Source of the DNA: an uncultured Acidobacteriota bacterium
GTDB lineage: Bacteria > Acidobacteriota > Thermoanaerobaculia > Multivoradales > UBA5704
Assembly (NCBI GenBank): GCA_963700145.1
Contig: OY969474.1
Span: forward strand, 2,048,001-2,112,000
Direction: 5' to 3'
Length of the DNA: 64,000 bases
The translations under genes and the position numbers were made by a program. Positions 59,679 to 64,000 of this stretch are shown here, piece after piece (position 1 is the stretch's first letter; each line of letters opens with the position of its first letter). The notes below the pieces were generated by a model, which did not search any database, was not told the DNA's origin, and saw nothing but the letters and a program-made list of their open reading frames with translations.

Positions 59679-62180
59679 CTACTCGATGCGGGCGCGGAGC
59701 GCCGCCAAGTGGGCGGCGTACTTCTCCGAGTCGGGATGGCCGATCGATCGCTCGTAGTCGACCAGGACCTGCATGAGGTCGGCGGCACGGGCTAGGTCGC
59801 CTTCCTGCTCGTAGATCAGGCCGGAGTACCAGCAGGTGTTGGCCTCGCCGACCCGGTCGCCGATTTCGCGCGCGATGGCGCGCGCCTGTTCGTAGTGCTC
59901 GATCGCGCGTCGCGGCTCCCCGAGATCCGCGTAGGCGAGGCCCAGGTTGCCTAGGGCCGTGCCCTCCCCGTGCCGGTCGCCGATCCCGCGATCGATCACG
60001 AGCGCCTGCTCGTAGTGCTCGATCGCGCGCCGCGGCTCCCCGAGATCCGCGTAGGCGAGGCCCAGGTTGCCCAGGGTGGCGCCCTCCCCGTGCCGGTCGC
60101 CAATCTCGCGATCGATCACGAGCGCCTGCTCGTAGTGCTCGATCGCGCGCCGCGGCTCCTCGAGATTCGCGTAGGCGAGGCCCAGGTTACCCAGGGCGTT
60201 GCCCTCCCCACGCCGGTCGCCGATCTCGCGGACGATGGCGAGCTGACGCTCGTAGAGTTCGATCGCACGCCGCGGCTCCCCGAGATCCTTGTAGGCGATG
60301 CCCAGGTTGCCCAGGGCGCTGCCCTCCCCACGCCGGTAGCCGATCTCGCGCATGATAACGAGGTCTTGCTCGAAGTGGTCGATCGCGCACCGCGGCTCCC
60401 CGAGATCCACGTAGGCGAGGCCCAGGTTGCCGAGATGATTGCCCTCCGCCTTGCGGTCCTGCCCGCTGCGGGCGGCCGCGAGGGCGGAGTCCAGCCAAGC
60501 GATCTGTTCGCGCGGATGGAGGCGGAGGGAGAGGCAGTAGACCCCGGCATCGGGGTAGTCGCTGCATAGGCCCCCCGCCTGGGTGTCCTCGGCGGCGCGC
60601 GCGGCGGCCCAGGACTGCCCGGCCTTGACGTTCCCCCACTCGGCATCGAAGAGGGCCAGGCCGGCGAGCAAGGAGGCGCCCCCCTTGAGGTAAAGGTCGC
60701 TCGTGTCGCTCAGCACGCGCTCATAGTGAACGGAGTGTCGGCGTCGGGCTGACTCGCGCTCGGTGCCGCTCAGGTGGGAATCAGCGAAGACGCGGGCGAG
60801 GTCGTGGAGGCGGTAGCGCTCGCCCTCGTACTCGACGAGGCTCGCACCGATCAGCTCGCCCAGCGCGTCACGAGCCGAATCGACTTCCACCTCCCACACC
60901 GCCGCGGCGCCGGCGGCGTCGAAGCTGCCGGGGAAAACGGCGAGCCGACGCCAGCGTTTGCGCTGCTTTTTGTTGAGGAGGTCGTAGCTGGTGGCGAGGG
61001 AAGCCTCGATTAAACCGAGGCGCTCACCCTTGGTCTCCGTAAGCCGGTTGGCGTAATCGCCCGGGGAGAGCCACGCCTTCTCTGCAAGCGCGCTGCCGGC
61101 GAGACGGAGGGCGAGCGGGAGGCGGCCGCAGAGGGCCGCGACCTGCTCCGCCGCCTCGCCGATCCGCGGAGCGACGCTTCGCAGGAGGGCTTCAGCGTCG
61201 TCTTGGGGCAGCTCGTCGAGATCCTTGGTGACGATCCCCGGCAGGGCGAAGTGGAACCGCGACGTGACGAGCAGAGTGCAACCGGCAGGCGGGATCAGCG
61301 GCTCGACCTGCTGGCGGTTTGCGGCGTTGTCCATCAGCAGGAGGACGCGCTGGCCATGGAGCACCGAGAAGTAGAGCCCCGCCAGCGCTTCTTCCCCTTC
61401 AGGGAGCTGAGCAGTGGGATGGTAGGCGCGGATGACGTGCGCCATTGCCTGCGCGGTCGTGAGCGGCTGCTGGCTCACACCCTTCAAGTCGAGATAAAGC
61501 TGCGCGTCCGGATACAGCGGCTCGAGTTCCTCGGCGAGCCTGAGCGCGAGCGCCGTCTTGCCGATACCGCCCGCGCCGCGAAGGCCGGAGATGGTCGCGC
61601 CGCCCGCGCGCAGCGCCTCCCGTAGATCCGCCAACTCCTGCTCGCGGCCTGTGAAGTCGCCGGGCGGCGGTGGAATCTGGTGTAGGGGCTGGGGTAGGGC
61701 AGACGGTGGAGAGATCGGCTGGCGGAGGGCCTTGCCCTCGATGAGCTCGAGCACCTCCTCGGCGATCTTCACCAACTCACTGTCGCGCTGGTCGCTCCTG
61801 AAGGTGGCGAGAGGCTTGCCACCCTTCGGTCGCACGTGCATTGCCGCGAGCCACGGCACTTGCTTCCAAGTGCAGGCTTTGACGATCACGGGAAGGATGT
61901 GGACGCCTTCTTTGGCGCGCCGCTCGAGGAGTCGTTCGACCTCGACGTCGAGGATGAAGTTGGAGGTCAGAAAATCCGCCGAGACCAAAAGCACGGCGAC
62001 CTGCGCGCCTTCCAGCGCCGAGCGGATCTCTTCGCGCCAGTCCGCTCCGCCGCCGATGCGGCGGTCGTCCCAGGTCTCCAGCCGGCCTTGCCGCTCGAGG
62101 ACGGCAAGGTGAGATCTCAGACGCTCCATCCAGACCTCGTCCTCGTGGCTGTAGCTCAGGAACACGCTCGGTCCAGGCAT
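59679..62180 (-). CDS. TIR - NB-ARC (STAND) - TPR NLR-like protein
   Basis: VFLSYSHED TIR with candidate catalytic Glu (SNFILDVE), FTGRE, GAGGIGKT Walker A, LLLMDN Walker B, GRLPLAL, LHDL, 40-aa TPR repeats. Confidence 0.92.
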   Translation of the reverse strand: MPGPSVFLSYSHEDEVWMERLRSHLAVLERQGRLETWDDRRIGGGADWREEIRSALEGAQVAVLLVSADFLTSNFILDVEVERLLERRAKEGVHILPVIVKACTWKQVPWLAAMHVRPKGGKPLATFRSDQRDSELVKIAEEVLELIEGKALRQPISPPSALPQPLHQIPPPPGDFTGREQELADLREALRAGGATISGLRGAGGIGKTALALRLAEELEPLYPDAQLYLDLKGVSQQPLTTAQAMAHVIRAYHPTAQLPEGEEALAGLYFSVLHGQRVLLLMDNAANRQQVEPLIPPAGCTLLVTSRFHFALPGIVTKDLDELPQDDAEALLRSVAPRIGEAAEQVAALCGRLPLALRLAGSALAEKAWLSPGDYANRLTETKGERLGLIEASLATSYDLLNKKQRKRWRRLAVFPGSFDAAGAAAVWEVEVDSARDALGELIGASLVEYEGERYRLHDLARVFADSHLSGTERESARRRHSVHYERVLSDTSDLYLKGGASLLAGLALFDAEWGNVKAGQSWAAARAAEDTQAGGLCSDYPDAGVYCLSLRLHPREQIAWLDSALAAARSGQDRKAEGNHLGNLGLAYVDLGEPRCAIDHFEQDLVIMREIGYRRGEGSALGNLGIAYKDLGEPRRAIELYERQLAIVREIGDRRGEGNALGNLGLAYANLEEPRRAIEHYEQALVIDREIGDRHGEGATLGNLGLAYADLGEPRRAIEHYEQALVIDRGIGDRHGEGTALGNLGLAYADLGEPRRAIEHYEQARAIAREIGDRVGEANTCWYSGLIYEQEGDLARAADLMQVLVDYERSIGHPDSEKYAAHLAALRARIE
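59860..60450 (-). repeat. About five near-identical 120-bp TPR-coding repeats
   Basis: GTAGGCGA(G/T)GCCCAGGTT recurs every 120 bp (59931, 60051, 60171, 60291, 60411). Confidence 0.9.
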
Positions 62181-62246
62181 GCCCTTCTATTGTAGTGACG
62201 GCTGGTCGAACGACAGCGCGGGGGACACCGCCCCTATACTCATCGA

Positions 62247-62492
62247 ATGAACTCTGAACGGACGCGGACGCAAGGCACCACGCCTGAATCGCTCGACATC
62301 CCGCCTGAGTGGCTGGCCGAGTTCGAGGCTGCCGCACGGCGGCCGCTGCGGACGCGGTTTCGTTACGCCTTCATCCACACCTACAAGCCGGTGCTCGACG
62401 ACGCGCCGTTTCGCGCGTTCGACACGACCGCCGACTACCGGCGCTGGTGCGAGGAGAACCTGCCCGACTGGCTGGGATATGGGCGCGTTTGA
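62247..62492 (+). CDS. Small hypothetical protein (81 aa), putative antitoxin or partner
   Basis: TATACT 6 nt before the ATG; overlaps the next gene by 14 nt; conserved-looking YRRWCEENLPDWLGY. Confidence 0.7.
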   Translation: MNSERTRTQGTTPESLDIPPEWLAEFEAAARRPLRTRFRYAFIHTYKPVLDDAPFRAFDTTADYRRWCEENLPDWLGYGRV

Positions 62493-62967
62493 GTACCGGC
62501 AGGCCGAGGAGATCCGCGACGCCTTCGCCCGTCACGGCGTGCGCTATCTCTTCATCGGCAGGTCGGGCGCCATCCTGCTCGGCTTCCCCGACACCACGCA
62601 GGACGCCGACCTCTTCGTCGAAAAGAGTCCCGAGAACGGCCGGGCCATCGTCGCCGCCCTGCGCGAGCTGGGCTTCGCGCTCGACGACGATCAGGCGGCC
62701 CAGATCGAGCGCGGCAAAGACTTCGTCCAGCTCAAGAACGGACCGTTCGACCTCGACCTGGTCTTCGCGCCCGACGGCATCGAGCGCTTCGCCGACGCAT
62801 GGCGGCGGCGCGTCGAGGTGGAAGGCTTTCCGGTCTGCCATCCCGACGACATCATCGCCAGCAAAGAAGCAAGCGGCCGCCCGCGGGACCTCGAGGCTCT
62901 GCCTCGGCTGAGGTCCTTCCGCGAGTACTGGCTGCAACGGCGCCGCGGCGAGCCGACCCCGGGCTGA
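62479..62967 (+). CDS. Nucleotidyltransferase-superfamily protein (DUF6036/AbiEii-like)
   Basis: IGRSGAILLG..TTQDADLFV (GS/DxD-type motif), DLVF, IIASK..GRPRD. Confidence 0.75.
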   Translation: MGAFEYRQAEEIRDAFARHGVRYLFIGRSGAILLGFPDTTQDADLFVEKSPENGRAIVAALRELGFALDDDQAAQIERGKDFVQLKNGPFDLDLVFAPDGIERFADAWRRRVEVEGFPVCHPDDIIASKEASGRPRDLEALPRLRSFREYWLQRRRGEPTPG

Positions 62968-62970
62968 CGG

Positions 62971-63486
62971 TCAGGAGCTGGCCGGCGCCTCCCTCTCCTT
63001 CGTGTACAGCGCCTCCCAGTGCGGCCTGCCGGGGCGGGATTGGTGGATCTTGCCGAGGCGGAGCATGCGGCGGAGGACGATGGAGACTTGGTCGACGCGG
63101 ACCGGGCGGCGGAGGCGCTCAGCGAAGCGGTGGTTGACTTCGCGGGCGAGGCCGACGGGGCCGAAGTGTTCGGTGGCTTCTTTCTCTTGGATGATCAGGG
63201 CGACCATGCGGCCGAGTTTGGGGCGGGAGGCGGAGCCGAGGTCGGCCTCCTTCACCGCCGGCGCGGCGGCGGGGGCCTGGCGGGCGGCGAGCTCGATGGC
63301 TTCGGCGGCGGCGGCGCGGAAGGCCTCCAGCCGGCGGTCGATCTCGGCCAGCTCGGCGGCGTAGCCGCTGCGCTGCTCGCGGTGGCGGGCCTCGTGGCCG
63401 GCGTGGAAGGCCTCGCGCTCGCGGAGGACCGCCGCCTGCTTCTCGAGGCTCGCCAGCACCGCGCTCACCGACCAAGTCGTGTCCAT
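62971..63486 (-). CDS. Hypothetical protein, N-terminal coiled coil plus winged-helix-like C-terminus
   Basis: GAGGAG RBS, LEKQAAVLRERE..LAEIDRRLEAF coil, VSIVLRRM..GKI..EALY. Confidence 0.65.
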   Translation of the reverse strand: MDTTWSVSAVLASLEKQAAVLREREAFHAGHEARHREQRSGYAAELAEIDRRLEAFRAAAAEAIELAARQAPAAAPAVKEADLGSASRPKLGRMVALIIQEKEATEHFGPVGLAREVNHRFAERLRRPVRVDQVSIVLRRMLRLGKIHQSRPGRPHWEALYTKEREAPASS

Positions 63487-64000
63487 GGCTCCTCCTCTGC
63501 CGCGAATTCTTGTCCACCGGCGGCTCAGGCGTGCTTTGCAGCCGCGAAATCGGTCATTTCAAGAATCCGAGGATGATTTTCGAGCCGCGACGCCGATCAG
63601 GCATGCCGCGGAGGAAGGATCATTTGCGGCTGCGGAAGCTTCCCCTCGTCGACTGGTTGGTTCACTCGCGTCGGAGGCTAACACATTAGCGGCTTCTGAT
63701 CGAGCCACCGCAGTCGCGGTGAGCTAGTTCACGGCTTCGGCGTTCTCGCCGGCGCCTGCGGCGAGAGAGCCGCGCACCGCCTCGGGCGCCTGCGCCGCGA
63801 ATTGTCGAGCCGCGAGTCTCGCGGAGAGTTCATCCCGCGGCAGATCCTTCTTATTCCGCGGTCCCGGCGAGAGGATTCGCGGCGTCTGGGCTCTCCGCGC
63901 CCCAGGGGTGCGGCTTCCGGAGGAGGGCGAGAAGCTCTGGAGTGGTCAAGGTACGCACGGGGGAGGACGCCGGTGCGACCCTCCAGGCCTCGCCGTCCGC

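Noticed and set aside
59544-60450. Possible CRISPR array
   Set aside because: The short repeats have no spacers, the 120-bp repeats are in-frame TPR coding units, and no cas genes are present.

Overview
High-GC bacterial chromosome segment. It most likely comes from Acidobacteriota (Thermoanaerobaculia-like), inferred from the PadR plus duplicated orphan ABC permease pair, the Cys-rich RpoB insertion and the IPTL-CTERM and 'PCR..DTR..DVVGYF' surface proteins. The core is a ~22-kb minus-strand translation/transcription cluster: rplM-rpsI-rpsB-tsf-pyrH-frr-rlmB, tRNA-Thr/Tyr/Gly, a two-gene insert, tRNA-Thr-tuf-tRNA-Trp-secE-nusG-rplKAJL-rpoBC. Housekeeping genes around it include lon, ubiE-folD-coaE-rdgB, arcA-arcC, purB, two rlpA genes and serA-ddl. 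There are several tandem paralog pairs (POT transporters, H-type-lectin-like proteins, RlpA, PQQ/GSDH propellers). The right end holds an accessory island: a TIR-NB-ARC-TPR (NLR-like) gene divergent from a small-protein plus nucleotidyltransferase pair. No CRISPR array, rRNA, integrase or transposase was seen. The best candidates for novelty are a 54-nt structured leader with a covarying pair, duplicated upstream of two loop-diversified lectin-like genes; the NLR/NTase island with hypervariable near-identical TPR repeats; local strand-biased codon shifts in tuf and beside a REP-like hairpin; and frequent leaderless or non-canonical starts. All calls come from reading motifs by eye; no searches were run.
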